The notes: generated by a model from the letters alone, not told the origin. A stretch of 64,000 nt of DNA from Burkholderiales bacterium (GCA_038249155.1 JBBRWN010000003.1:43724-107723); one strand, 5' to 3'; numbered from the stretch's first letter, positions 1-9,492 are shown. Translations and numbers: made by a program.

Positions 1-1860
1 GTGGTGTTCGTGGGCGTGGCCGCGCAGGCTCTCGCGCAGAACGGCCCAGGGCTGCGGGCCGTGCTCGTGCAGCTGGCTTTCCAGCCAGGCAAACAGCGGC
101 CCGTGCGGCGCCGGCAGTTCGAGCAGGATCTGGTGCTCTTCGTGGCTGAGCTGGTCCCAGTGCTGGGGTTCGGTCAGGAGCAGGCGCAGCACCCGGTCTT
201 CGCGGCTGGCGGGCAGCAGGCGGCCGGTCGGGCGGTGCGGCGCGGCGCTGCCGGCCTGGGACTTGCGGCCGAATTTGCCCGGTTTATTGGCGGGCGCAGG
301 GGCCGGAAAATAAGCGCCCGAATAAGAGGCCGACGACTGCGGCGCAAAGTCGGGCGCCTGCCCTGCGTAGTCATCCGGCCCGCCGTGCAGCGCCATCGGC
401 GGGTAGTCGCCGAAGTCCGGCATGTCGTGGCTGGGCGCGGGCAGCGCGAAGCCTTCTGGCCGCCACGCTTGCGGCGGCGGTTGCTGCGGCGGGGCCGGAT
501 TTTTCCGGGCGTAGGGCTTGCGCCCGCCTGCTGCGCTGTTCCACAACTGCAACAAGTCGCGGCTGTCCATCATGACCTGGTCGGCAATCTCGGCCAGCAG
601 CTGGGGTTTGAGGCCGCCTTCGGGCAGCGCGCTCCACAGCCCTCGGGCGTTGCTGGCTAGGTGGGCGCGGCCTTCTGCGGTGTCCAAGTCGCAGCCTTCG
701 CCCGCCGCTTGCAGTAAAAACCGGCTCAGCGGCACGGCCTGGGCGACGTAGGCGGCAAAGCCTTCCTGGCCGTGTTCGCGGATGAAACTGTCCGGGTCGT
801 GCTCGGCGGGCAGGAATAAAAACTTGATCGTGCGCACGTCGCTGGCAAACGGCAGCGCCGCATCCAGCGCCTTGTGTGCCGCCCGGCGTCCGGCCTTGTC
901 GCCGTCAAAGCTGAACACCACCGAATCGGTGAAGCGAAACAGCTTTTGCACATGATCCGCCGTGCAGGCCGTGCCCAGCGTGGCCACCGCGTTGGCAAAG
1001 CCCAGTTGCGCCAGCGCCACCACGTCCATATAGCCCTCGGTCACCAAGGCGTAGCCGTGTTCGCGCAGCGCGGTGCGCGCTTCAAACAGGCCGTAGAGCT
1101 CGCGGCCCTTGCTAAACACCGGGGTTTCCGGCGAGTTGAGGTATTTGGGTTTTTCGTCGCTCAGCACGCGCCCGCCAAAGCCGATGCACTCGCCCTTGAC
1201 GTTGCGAATCGGGAACATCACCCGGTCGCGAAAGCGGTCGTAGCGCCTGGCTTCTATCGGGTGCTCGGCATCCTGGCTTTCTTCGACGGCGTCGGCGCTG
1301 ATGACCAGGCCGCTTTCGACCAGCAGCGGGTCGCTGTAGTCGGGAAACACGCTGGCCAGGCTGCGCCAGCCCTGCGGTGCGTAGCCCAGCCCAAAGGTGC
1401 GGGCGATTTCGCCGGAAACGCCGCGCCCCTTGAAATACTCAATCGCCCGCTCCGACGTGCGCAGGTTGCGGATGTAGGCCTGGCCAGCTTTTTCCAGCAC
1501 GCTGGTCAGCGTGGCCTGCTGCTCGCGCATTTGCGCGGCCTTGGCGCGGTCTTGCGGCGAGGCCTCGTCTTCGGGAATCTGCAGGCCGTACTGCTGGGCC
1601 AGGTCTTCGACGGCCTCGAAAAAGCTCATGCCCGCGTGCTCCATCAGGAAGGCAATCGCGTCGCCGCTCTTGCCGCAGCCAAAGCAGTGATAAAACTGCT
1701 TGGACGGGCTGACGCTAAAGGAGGGCGATTTTTCGCCGTGAAACGGGCACAGGCCCATGAAATTGGCGCCGTTTTTTTTCAAAGGCACAGAGCGCCCGAC
1801 GATTTCGACAACGTCAGCGCGAGCGATCAGCTCCTGGATAAAGGATTGGGGAATGGCCAT
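1..1860 (-). CDS. dnaG: DNA primase DnaG, C-terminus cut by window edge
   Basis: Not in the ORF track because it is edge-truncated. Manual minus-strand translation from ATG at 1860 gives MAIPQSFIQELIARADVVEIVGRSVPLKKNGANFMGLCPFHGEKSPSFSVSPSKQFYHCFGCGKSGDAIAFLMEH, the CHC2 zinc-finger primase N-terminus. The frame stays open to base 1. Confidence 0.9.
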   Translation of the reverse strand, partial: MAIPQSFIQELIARADVVEIVGRSVPLKKNGANFMGLCPFHGEKSPSFSVSPSKQFYHCFGCGKSGDAIAFLMEHAGMSFFEAVEDLAQQYGLQIPEDEASPQDRAKAAQMREQQATLTSVLEKAGQAYIRNLRTSERAIEYFKGRGVSGEIARTFGLGYAPQGWRSLASVFPDYSDPLLVESGLVISADAVEESQDAEHPIEARRYDRFRDRVMFPIRNVKGECIGFGGRVLSDEKPKYLNSPETPVFSKGRELYGLFEARTALREHGYALVTEGYMDVVALAQLGFANAVATLGTACTADHVQKLFRFTDSVVFSFDGDKAGRRAAHKALDAALPFASDVRTIKFLFLPAEHDPDSFIREHGQEGFAAYVAQAVPLSRFLLQAAGEGCDLDTAEGRAHLASNARGLWSALPEGGLKPQLLAEIADQVMMDSRDLLQLWNSAAGGRKPYARKNPAPPQQPPPQAWRPEGFALPAPSHDMPDFGDYPPMALHGGPDDYAGQAPDFAPQSSASYSGAYFPAPAPANKPGKFGRKSQAGSAAPHRPTGRLLPASREDRVLRLLLTEPQHWDQLSHEEHQILLELPAPHGPLFAWLESQLHEHGPQPWAVLRESLRGHAHEHH

Positions 1861-1986
1861 GAAGTCGGGAAAAGTGAGGGCCGATTTAAGCATAGCCGCC
1901 CCGGCCCGCTGCTGGGTCAGGGCAAGAGGCTGTGCATAATCAGCTCAACTTTGTTTGCAGCCCGCGCATTGCCGCCGCCTACGCCC

Positions 1987-2883
1987 ATGATTCTCGACCC
2001 GCAGGCCATTTATGTGCTCCGCCACCCCGGCGCTTTTGCGCTGCAGGTGGTCAAAGGCTTTCGGGCCAATCAGGGGTTGCTGCTGGCTGGCGCCGTGGCT
2101 TATTACGCTTTGCTGTCGATGGTGCCGCTGCTCATTTTGATTGCGATTGCGCTCTCGCATGTAATCGATCAGTCGGTGCTGCTGGCCTCGCTGGGGCGCT
2201 ACGTCGGCTGGCTGGCGCCGGGTGAATCGAATTTTCTGGTCGGCGAACTGGCCAATTTCCTGGCGCACCGCGAAGTCATGGGCTGGGTGCTGCTGGGCAC
2301 GATGCTGTTTTTCAGCTCATTGGCTTTCACGGTGCTGGAAAACGCGATGTCGGTGATTTTTCTGCACCGGGTGGCGATCCGGCGGCGCCATTTTCTGGTC
2401 TCTGCCGTGCTTCCCTACTGTTACATCTTTTGCCTGGGCGTGGGGTTTTTGCTGGTGACGCTGGTGGCGGGCAGCTTTCAGGCGCTGGGTGAAAAAAGTG
2501 TCGCGTTTCTGGGCTGGCGCTGGTCGCTTAGCGGCTTTTCGGGGTTGCTGCTTTATTTATTGGGCGTGGCCGGGGAAATTTTCGTGCTCACTTCGGTCTA
2601 TATGGTGATGCCGGTGGGCAATCTGTCTTGGCGCCATGCGCTGCTGGGCGGCGTGGCGGCAGCGCTGCTGTGGGAGGTGACGCGCCATGGGCTGGTCTGG
2701 TACTTTGCGACGCTGTCGCAGGTGGGCGTGGTGTATGGCTCGCTGACCAGCGCCATCGTCGTGCTGCTGAGCCTGGAGATAGGCGCGACCTTGCTGCTGC
2801 TGGGCGCGCAGGTGATTTCAGAGTACGAGCGCATCGGCACTATGGAGCAGGATGCGCCGGTCAAGCCGCTGCGAACTCCGTAG
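1987..2883 (+). CDS. YihY/BrkB (virulence factor BrkB / RNase BN-like) family inner-membrane protein
   Basis: C-terminal 298 codons of the 874..2883 ORF, starting at ATG 1987 (MILDPQAIYVLRHPGAF...). Multi-TM with the YihY-like AYYALLSMVPLL motif. The upstream part of that ORF is antisense to dnaG. Confidence 0.85.
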   Translation: MILDPQAIYVLRHPGAFALQVVKGFRANQGLLLAGAVAYYALLSMVPLLILIAIALSHVIDQSVLLASLGRYVGWLAPGESNFLVGELANFLAHREVMGWVLLGTMLFFSSLAFTVLENAMSVIFLHRVAIRRRHFLVSAVLPYCYIFCLGVGFLLVTLVAGSFQALGEKSVAFLGWRWSLSGFSGLLLYLLGVAGEIFVLTSVYMVMPVGNLSWRHALLGGVAAALLWEVTRHGLVWYFATLSQVGVVYGSLTSAIVVLLSLEIGATLLLLGAQVISEYERIGTMEQDAPVKPLRTP

Positions 2884-2953
2884 CGGTGACAGCGCCCTGA
2901 TGGGGCCGCCATCTGCAACACTGGCCCAGTGCTCCATTGGCCGACTTCTTCCC

Positions 2954-4813
2954 CTAATCGCCGCGCACCACGCCTTCGCGCCGTGGGTCAGCACCGCCAA
3001 AAAATCCGCCCGGCGTTTTCTCAATCGCTTGCAGGCCGCTGGTCATGGGCATCTCGCGCACTTCGGCGCCGCGCGCGCGCAGCGCCTCGACGGTGGCCGG
3101 GGCGAAGCGCTTTTCTTCGAGCAGGCTCGGGCCGCCCAGCGAGCCGAAGTTGGGCAGGTCAATGGCCTGCTGGGCGTTCAAGCCCCAGTTGAGCATGCCG
3201 TACAGCGTCTTGGCGGTGAAGTGAATGATCAGCGCGCCGCCGGGGCTGCCCGCGCTGGCGACGATGTGCCCGCTGGCCTTGTCAAACACCAGCGTCGGCG
3301 CCATCGACGAGCGCGGACGCTTGCCGGGCTGCACGCGGTTGGCGACGGGTTTTGCGTCGGCGTCGGTGGGCGCAAAGCTGAAATCGCTCAGCTCGTTGTT
3401 CAGCAGAAAGCCGCCCGGCTTGCCGGTGCCGCCGTCGGTCATCAGGCGGGCGCCGAACTGGTCTTCAATCGTCGTGGTCATGGCCAGCGCGTTGCCGAAT
3501 GCGTCCAGGATGCTGATGTGCGAGGTGCCGTATTCGGGCTGCTCCGGCATGGGCGCGTAGGCGGTTTTGACGGCGCCCGGAACTCCGGGCCGGGCGGTTT
3601 CCAGGCTGGCTCCGCCGGGCTGGATCAGGCTGGCGCGCTGGCGCAGGTAGTTGTCGTCCAGCAGGCTCATCCAGCTGCCGCCGGGCGGCTGGATGAAATC
3701 GGGGTCGGCCAGGTACTGGGCGCGGTCGGCAAAGGCCAGGCGCGACGCGTCGGTGTAAAGATGCAGCCAGTCGGCGGATGGCGCGGGCGCTGCGGTGTTG
3801 GGCGCGCTGCGCATGCCGGTTGCCAGCGGCAGGCCGCCTTTGCCGTTGATTAGCGGGAGGCTGGCGGCGGGCGTGTGGCTCAAGATGCCCAAAATCTGCC
3901 CGATGGCAATCGCGCCCGAGCTGGGCGGCGGCATGCCGCACAGGCGGTAGGCGTGGCCGCTGGCGCTGTAGTCGCTGCAAATCGGCTCGCGTTTTTTGGC
4001 TTGGTAATGGGCCAGGTCGCTCAGGGCCAGCTTGCCGGGATTGGTCGGGTGGCTTTGCACCTTGCTGACGATGGCCTGGGCGACGGGGCCGGTCAGCAGC
4101 GCGTCGGCGCCTCGGGCGGCAATCTGGCGCAGCACCTCGGCCAGTGCTGGGTTGCGCAGCCGGGTACCGACGGCCAGCGGCGCGCCGTCGGGCTGGTAAA
4201 AGTAAGCGGCGGCGACCGGGTCGTTTTTCAGGTATTTGTCATTGGCCAGCAGCGTGTTGAGCCGGGCGCTGACTTCAAAGCCGCCCTCGGCCAGCGCGAT
4301 GGCGGGGGTGAACAGCCGCGCCCAGGGCAGTTTTCCGTGCTGGCGGTGCGCCAACTCCAGCATGCGCACCGCGCCCGGCACGCCGACCGAACGGCCCCCA
4401 ACCACACCGTCGTAAAACGCCAGCGGCTTGCCATCCGCGCCGAGAAAGAGATTTTCATCGACGGCGACAGGCGCGGTTTCGCGGCCATCGAAGGCTTCGA
4501 CGCTGCTGCCGCTGGCGTAGAGCAAAAACGCGCCGCCGCCGATGCCGCTGGACTGCGGCTCGACCAGCGCCAGCACCATCTGCACCGCAATCGCCGCGTC
4601 AATGGCGGAGCCGCCCGCTTTCAAAATCTGGTAGCCCGCCTCGGTGGCCAGCGGATTGGCGGCGGCGACGGCAAAGCGGGTCGTGGCCCAGCCGGGTTTG
4701 GCGCTGTAGCCGGAGGCGGCTTCGGGCTGGATCAACACGGTGTTCAAGGTGCAGCCCGCAAAAATGCTGGCCGCTGCGATCAGTCCAGTGAAGCGAAAAA
4801 TGGGAGCCCACAT
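2954..4813 (-). CDS. ggt: gamma-glutamyltransferase
   Basis: 619 aa. Lipoprotein-like signal (IFAGC), GGGAFLLY motif and the autoprocessing nucleophile context EYGTSHISILD. Confidence 0.92.
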   Translation of the reverse strand: MWAPIFRFTGLIAAASIFAGCTLNTVLIQPEAASGYSAKPGWATTRFAVAAANPLATEAGYQILKAGGSAIDAAIAVQMVLALVEPQSSGIGGGAFLLYASGSSVEAFDGRETAPVAVDENLFLGADGKPLAFYDGVVGGRSVGVPGAVRMLELAHRQHGKLPWARLFTPAIALAEGGFEVSARLNTLLANDKYLKNDPVAAAYFYQPDGAPLAVGTRLRNPALAEVLRQIAARGADALLTGPVAQAIVSKVQSHPTNPGKLALSDLAHYQAKKREPICSDYSASGHAYRLCGMPPPSSGAIAIGQILGILSHTPAASLPLINGKGGLPLATGMRSAPNTAAPAPSADWLHLYTDASRLAFADRAQYLADPDFIQPPGGSWMSLLDDNYLRQRASLIQPGGASLETARPGVPGAVKTAYAPMPEQPEYGTSHISILDAFGNALAMTTTIEDQFGARLMTDGGTGKPGGFLLNNELSDFSFAPTDADAKPVANRVQPGKRPRSSMAPTLVFDKASGHIVASAGSPGGALIIHFTAKTLYGMLNWGLNAQQAIDLPNFGSLGGPSLLEEKRFAPATVEALRARGAEVREMPMTSGLQAIEKTPGGFFGGADPRREGVVRGD

Positions 4814-4822
4814 GGTAAAAGT

Positions 4823-5644
4823 TTATAGCCAGGTAAATTCGTGATTAGCCCGTTCGCCGTGCAAAGTCATGCCATATTGAGCCAATTCATTTTTTCGCCA
4901 TGTGGCGCGCTGGTTTTTAACGTTGAGTTTTTCGAGTTTGCGTTCAAGCCAGCCTTGCTGGAGCAGCTTGCGGTCATTGACCTTGACCAGAACTTCTTTT
5001 TCCGATTTTCCCAATTTCTTTTTCATGTCCTTTTGGGTAATCGAACCAAAATGGTGAATCCACACAGCGCCGCTGATAGCGCTTTTAAAGTCTGATTTCG
5101 CTAAATCATGAAAGAAAATAGTGTCTTCAAACCCGAGAAGTTTGGGGTTGGCGCGGAAGTAGCCGATTTCATGAAAAACCGAGCGGTGAATCACAACGCA
5201 AACCGCATGCTGCGTTTGAGGGTGAAAAACTGACTGCAGTTTTTGACCAGATGTGAGTGCAAATTGCTCAAAGTCGTAATCGAGATCGCCTTCAATCATG
5301 GCGGGCGAAATGACTTGCAGATTGTTGTCAATCGCAATTTGAATCATTCGCTCAATCCACTCTGGCGGCAAAATGATGTCATTGTTCATCACCACCGACC
5401 ATTCAGCTTGCAAGTGCAATATGCCTTGATTCCAGGCCACGCCACAGGCTTGGTTGCCTTTGTTGTAAATTCTTCCGCCCAGAGGGAGGGTCAACAAATA
5501 GTCGCGTGTTTCGTCGGTTGAACCGTTGTCCACCACCACAACCCGCTCCAGCGGTGTGCCGACTTTGACGAGACTGTCCACCACCATTTTGGTGTAGGCC
5601 ACAGAGTTATAACAGGCAAATGTGATGGCGTAGTCGTACTTCAT
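4823..5644 (-). CDS. family 2 glycosyltransferase
   Basis: 273 aa with the GT-A N-terminus ITFACYNSVAYTKMVVDSL...VVVVDNGSTDETRDYL. Visibly AT-richer than the flanks. 4-nt overlap with the upstream gene. Confidence 0.8.
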   Translation of the reverse strand: MKYDYAITFACYNSVAYTKMVVDSLVKVGTPLERVVVVDNGSTDETRDYLLTLPLGGRIYNKGNQACGVAWNQGILHLQAEWSVVMNNDIILPPEWIERMIQIAIDNNLQVISPAMIEGDLDYDFEQFALTSGQKLQSVFHPQTQHAVCVVIHRSVFHEIGYFRANPKLLGFEDTIFFHDLAKSDFKSAISGAVWIHHFGSITQKDMKKKLGKSEKEVLVKVNDRKLLQQGWLERKLEKLNVKNQRATWRKNELAQYGMTLHGERANHEFTWL

Positions 5645-6285
5645 AATGACGGTTGTTGGCTGGATTTGTGGGTGCGTGCGTAAGCTAGAAAATCTTCAAT
5701 TTGCGTTGAACACAAAAGTTTCATGACTTTGCGTATTTCGGTGATGGGCCAGTCCCACCAAGCCGTCTCAAGCAGCGCCAAGCGCGTGGGTTCGTCAAAA
5801 CGCCACCGCACATGGCTGGCTGGGTTGCCGGCGACAATCGAGTAAGGATCCACATCTTTTGTCACGACGGCGCCGGCCCCTATAACGGCACCATGCCCAA
5901 TGGTGACGCCTGACAAAATAGTGCAGTCGGTGCATAACCAGACATCGCTGCCGATGATCACATCGCCCCGGCTAATTGAAAAATCAGGAATATGACGGGC
6001 TTCTTCAAAAAATGCCGGAAAAGGGTAGCTGCTGACCCAGTCTGTGCGGTGGTTTTTTCCTAGAAAAATTTGAACGCCGCTGGCAATCGAGCAATAAGCG
6101 CCTATGCGAAGAGTGCTTCCCTCATGGTCGTCATGAACAAGTGGTAAACCATACGTTCCTTCGCCCAGCAGATAGTGAGGATACTTTCGGCGGAATTTTT
6201 CTTGCTGCCGCTGGAAGTTTTGCAAAGGCGTGGTGTTTTCAGATTTGTCGCGCCAACGTTGGAGCCAGTGACGAAGTTTTTTCAT
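5641..6285 (-). CDS. hexapeptide-repeat acetyltransferase (CatB/Vat xenobiotic acetyltransferase-like)
   Basis: 214 aa. Left-handed beta-helix repeats (IGSDVWLCTDCTILSGVTIGHGAVIGAGAVVTKDV) and the WWDWP tail typical of the CatB/Vat group. Confidence 0.8.
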   Translation of the reverse strand: MKKLRHWLQRWRDKSENTTPLQNFQRQQEKFRRKYPHYLLGEGTYGLPLVHDDHEGSTLRIGAYCSIASGVQIFLGKNHRTDWVSSYPFPAFFEEARHIPDFSISRGDVIIGSDVWLCTDCTILSGVTIGHGAVIGAGAVVTKDVDPYSIVAGNPASHVRWRFDEPTRLALLETAWWDWPITEIRKVMKLLCSTQIEDFLAYARTHKSSQQPSL

Positions 6286-7586
6286 GCCAGAGTCTGCTCC
6301 CTGTTATCGAGTGAGGAGGCACCATGCGGACTCAGAGCGGATGCACAAAGCAGAGAAATCATGAGGGCGTAAAAACTGGCCATGTATTTAAGATCAAATA
6401 CTTCTGTGCTCAAGCTGCTGATAAAAATACACAAGACAAAAACAATCCCTATGATGGAGTTGGCACGTTGCATTTTACAGTCACTTTGGAGTCTTTTGAA
6501 GAATATGTAAATAGGCACTGCAAAAAGCATAAAAGCTGCCAGCATTGCAAATAATCCATCCCGAACCGCATTGGTGACAAGTTCGTTGTGGAATCCAGAA
6601 TTCAAAGCCATGTGAATCGCGGCAGGCGAAGCATAAGTGTAAATGTGTGCGGACAAGATGATGCCTGCAAGGCTGGTGTCGCCGTACCCCATGAAGGGAT
6701 GTTCCATAATTAAATCTGCAGCTATTCGTAAAAATGTAATGCGAAAACCAACTGATGTTTCGGGGGCAATTCCTGTCCATGAATAGCCAATAATTTCTTG
6801 CGCTGCCAAACCTACCCGTGCATGGATGGTCGAAGATGTGAAAAACAACATGACAGCGATTGAGATGGCAATAGACATGCTCAAAAGTAGCAGCTTGAGT
6901 TGTTGCGTTCCGTTTTTTTGACGAAGATACAGCAGCAGTGCAGTGATGAGTGGGACGGCCATCCAGCCCGTTCGGCTTCCCGACATGACAGATAAATAGA
7001 CACCCGTGGCTGCGCCTGCAATTTTAAAAGCAATAATTGATCTTGAATCTTTATTTAGCAGATTGATGGAGGTAAGGCAGATTAAGCTCAGGGTGAGTGA
7101 CGTATAGCCGAAAATCAACGGATCGGCAAAATATGTTGCCATGCGCTCAAAGCCCCATCGGTGCGGCTGGGGAGCCAGGACTTGATGAGCAAGCGTGAAA
7201 ATAAGACTCAGGGGTGCTGTGTACTGAAGTATTTCAACAAAATTTAATTTTTTACGAAATGCAAACACAAAAATCACACTGCCAATCAGCAATCTTGAGG
7301 CTGAATCATAATCTGAAATATTCATTTTTCCTCTCAGCAAAGAGGAGAAAAGAATGGCAAGAACGGGAGCAATCAGCGTAAGAATGACGATTTTTTCCAA
7401 CCTCAGCAAAGGCATTTCGTTGATTTGAAAACGATTTTTTTTAAAAATTGAAAATCCTAAAACAAGAAGAAATCCAATGATCAGAATTTTATTAGTCCAG
7501 CCACGGACCGTGACTAAGAATAACGGAGTCATTCCAAAAAACAGTAACATGAATTTTTCGTGGGATTGTGTAAAAATCTTATTCAT
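6282..7586 (-). CDS. O-antigen ligase / Wzy_C-family polytopic membrane protein
   Basis: 434 aa with about 10-12 TM segments and the Wzy_C-like segment SGSRTGWMAVPLITALLLYL. Low GC. First gene of a three-gene overlapping cassette. Confidence 0.7.
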   Translation of the reverse strand: MNKIFTQSHEKFMLLFFGMTPLFLVTVRGWTNKILIIGFLLVLGFSIFKKNRFQINEMPLLRLEKIVILTLIAPVLAILFSSLLRGKMNISDYDSASRLLIGSVIFVFAFRKKLNFVEILQYTAPLSLIFTLAHQVLAPQPHRWGFERMATYFADPLIFGYTSLTLSLICLTSINLLNKDSRSIIAFKIAGAATGVYLSVMSGSRTGWMAVPLITALLLYLRQKNGTQQLKLLLLSMSIAISIAVMLFFTSSTIHARVGLAAQEIIGYSWTGIAPETSVGFRITFLRIAADLIMEHPFMGYGDTSLAGIILSAHIYTYASPAAIHMALNSGFHNELVTNAVRDGLFAMLAAFMLFAVPIYIFFKRLQSDCKMQRANSIIGIVFVLCIFISSLSTEVFDLKYMASFYALMISLLCASALSPHGASSLDNREQTLA

Positions 7587-7648
7587 GAATTAATTCTTGG
7601 GCGCTTGAATGTGTTTGTTTTTTAAAACAAAAAACCATAAATTTAAAC

Positions 7649-7714
7649 AAAAAAACCCGCCTTTTACACGTCTGCTTGCGCAGAACCTTGGTCGAAACCA
7701 AGACGTGTGGCGGG
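7649..7714 (-). terminator. rho-independent terminator after the SDR gene
   Basis: Minus strand reads CCCGCCACACGTCT...AGACGTGTAAAAGGCGGG followed by TTTTTTT. Confidence 0.6.
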
Positions 7715-7740
7715 TGTGTTGTGCCTGATTTTAGGCGTGT

Positions 7741-8508
7741 TCAGCGCGGGGCCAGCCGGATCGCCCCGTCCAGGCGAATCACTTCGCCGTTGAGCATATC
7801 GTTTTCGATGATGTGCTTGGCCAGCTTGGCGTAATCCTGCGGCGTGCCCAGGCGCGACGGAAACGGCACCGAGGCGGCCAGCGAGTCCTGCACTTCCTGG
7901 GGCATGCCGAACATCATGGGCGTGCCAAAAATACCGGGGGCAATCGTCATGTTGCGGATGCCGTTGCGCGCCAAGTCTCTGGCAATGGGCAGCGTCATGC
8001 CGACCACGCCGCCCTTGGAGGCGGCGTAGGCGGCCTGGCCCATCTGGCCGTCGTAGGCCGCGACGGAAGCGGTGGAAATCAGCACGCCGCGCTCGCCGGT
8101 GGCTTCGGGCGCGTTCTTGGTCATCGCTTCGGCAGCGAGGCGGATCATGTTGAAGCTGCCGATCAGGTTCACCGTGATGGTTTTGGTGAAGGTGGCCAGC
8201 GTGTGCGCGCCATTTTTGCCAACGACTTTTTCAGCCGGTGCAATGCCCGCGCAGTTGACCAGGCCCATCAGCTTGCCCATGGACACGGCTTGGGCGACGA
8301 CGGCCTGGCCGTCGGCTTCCTGGCTCACGTCGCATTTGACAAACGCGGCGTTGCCCTCGCCCAGTTCCTGGGCAATGGCCTGACCTTTTTCGGCCTGCAT
8401 GTCGGCAATCACGACCTTGGCGCCATTGGCCACCAGCATGCGCGCCGTGCCTTCACCCAGCCCGGATGCGCCGCCGGTGACGATAAATACTTTGCCTGCG
8501 ATTTCCAT
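7741..8508 (-). CDS. short-chain dehydrogenase, 3-hydroxyacyl-CoA / 3-hydroxy-2-methylbutyryl-CoA dehydrogenase-like (HSD17B10 type)
   Basis: 255 aa. TGGASGLG cofactor motif, catalytic YAASKGG, and overall similarity to type-2 HADH. Confidence 0.85.
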   Translation of the reverse strand: MEIAGKVFIVTGGASGLGEGTARMLVANGAKVVIADMQAEKGQAIAQELGEGNAAFVKCDVSQEADGQAVVAQAVSMGKLMGLVNCAGIAPAEKVVGKNGAHTLATFTKTITVNLIGSFNMIRLAAEAMTKNAPEATGERGVLISTASVAAYDGQMGQAAYAASKGGVVGMTLPIARDLARNGIRNMTIAPGIFGTPMMFGMPQEVQDSLAASVPFPSRLGTPQDYAKLAKHIIENDMLNGEVIRLDGAIRLAPR

Positions 8509-8542
8509 GAAATGTTTCCTTTGCGTTGAGAAAAAACAAGAG

Positions 8543-8566
8543 ATTGACGTTTACGTAAACGTCAAT
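8543..8566. promoter_or_regulatory. perfect 24-bp palindrome, candidate operator upstream of the SDR gene
   Basis: ATTGACGTTTACGTAAACGTCAAT is its own reverse complement. It lies 35 bp upstream of the SDR start codon. Confidence 0.5.
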
Positions 8567-8576
8567 TATGACCCAT

Positions 8577-8609
8577 GAAAAAGCCCGGCGTTCTGGCGAA
8601 GGCCGGGCT
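8577..8609 (-). terminator. rho-independent terminator, second of a tandem pair after the phasin gene
   Basis: Minus strand: AGCCCGGC-loop-GCCGGGCT followed by TTTTT. Confidence 0.6.
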
Positions 8610-8620
8610 GCTGGCGAGAC

Positions 8621-8650
8621 AAAAAAAAGCCCAATCGTGAGACTGGGCTT
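8621..8650 (-). terminator. rho-independent terminator, first of a tandem pair after the phasin gene
   Basis: Minus strand: AAGCCCA-loop-TGGGCTT followed by TTTTTTTT. Confidence 0.65.
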
Positions 8651-8721
8651 AATCGGAACCTTGAAAACTTAATTTCTAGAAGGAACCGAGGAGACAACTC
8701 GTGTAATTAGTTCAGCAAAAA

Positions 8722-9264
8722 TTAACGCTTTTTGGTCGCGCTCTTGACGGCGGTGGTGGCCGATTCAGTGGCGGTGTTGAAGTTGGTTTCGGCCATGTCG
8801 CCGGCTTGCTTGACCGCTTTTTGCACGGATTCGTAGGCGGTGCTGGCGGCGGTCATGGCATTTTTCATCATGGACACGGCGGTTTCGGAACCGGCGGGTG
8901 CATTTTGGGTGGCGCTGTCCACCAGACCGGCGAACTGCTTCTTGGCGTCGGCGGCCTGGCCTTCAAACGTCTTGCTCAGTTCAGCACCGGCGGACGAGGC
9001 GATTTCGTACAGGTGACGGCTGTAAGCGGCGGTCTTTTCGGCCAGGGGCTGGACCATGCTGGTTTGCAGGGCGAGGAATTCTTGCGCATCCTTGGCGCTC
9101 ATGACGGCCTGGGCGTTGTTGGCGCTTTCGGCCAGCGCCGCTTTGGTGGCCTGCACATTGAGTTCGACCAGCTTTTCAACGCCTTCAAAGGCTTTTTGTG
9201 TCAATCCAAACAGGGTTTCGATGTTGGCTTTGTGGGCGGCCATGATTTGTTCTGCGGTCAGCAT
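8722..9264 (-). CDS. phaP: phasin family PHA-granule protein
   Basis: 180 aa. Ala/Lys/Glu-rich helical protein with the phasin N-terminus [39 protein letters not shown]. Confidence 0.85.
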   Translation of the reverse strand: MLTAEQIMAAHKANIETLFGLTQKAFEGVEKLVELNVQATKAALAESANNAQAVMSAKDAQEFLALQTSMVQPLAEKTAAYSRHLYEIASSAGAELSKTFEGQAADAKKQFAGLVDSATQNAPAGSETAVSMMKNAMTAASTAYESVQKAVKQAGDMAETNFNTATESATTAVKSATKKR

Positions 9265-9342
9265 GAGAGTATCTCCTGATAGTTAGTCGTTAAAGGGCGA
9301 TAGTTGCTTTGCGTTGAATTGCTGCACTGCAACATGACATAA

Positions 9343-9370
9343 ATTATAGGAGAAACCTGTTGCATTGCAA
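9343..9370 (-). promoter_or_regulatory. putative sigma70 promoter of phaP (TTGCAA-16 nt-TATAAT)
   Basis: Minus strand: TTGCAA (9370-9365), a 16-nt spacer, then TATAAT (9348-9343). A TGC-N3-GCA motif overlaps the -35 and a second copy lies downstream of the -10. Confidence 0.5.
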
Positions 9371-9492
9371 GCTTTTTGCAGTTGCGTGTGGCTATATAGG
9401 GGCGGCGCCCTAGGTTTTGAGGCTGCAGTTCACAATTACTTATATCGCGCGTGGTTTGCGCGATTTTTTTATTTTTCTTTGGGCTTTTTCTC

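Noticed and set aside
1-660. 219-aa + strand ORF at the window start
   Set aside because: It is antisense to the well-supported dnaG frame. The Arg/Gly/Ala-rich low-complexity product is typical of high-GC shadow ORFs.
874-1986. N-terminal 371 codons of the 669-aa ORF 874..2883
   Set aside because: It is antisense to dnaG and has no membrane or other motif. Only the part from ATG 1987 matches the YihY/BrkB family.
2852-4828. + strand ORFs 2852..3853 and 3875..4828
   Set aside because: Both lie entirely antisense to ggt, which has clear family motifs. Their products are Ala/Gly/Arg-rich.
7813-8529. 238-aa + strand ORF
   Set aside because: It is antisense to the SDR gene and has shadow-ORF composition.
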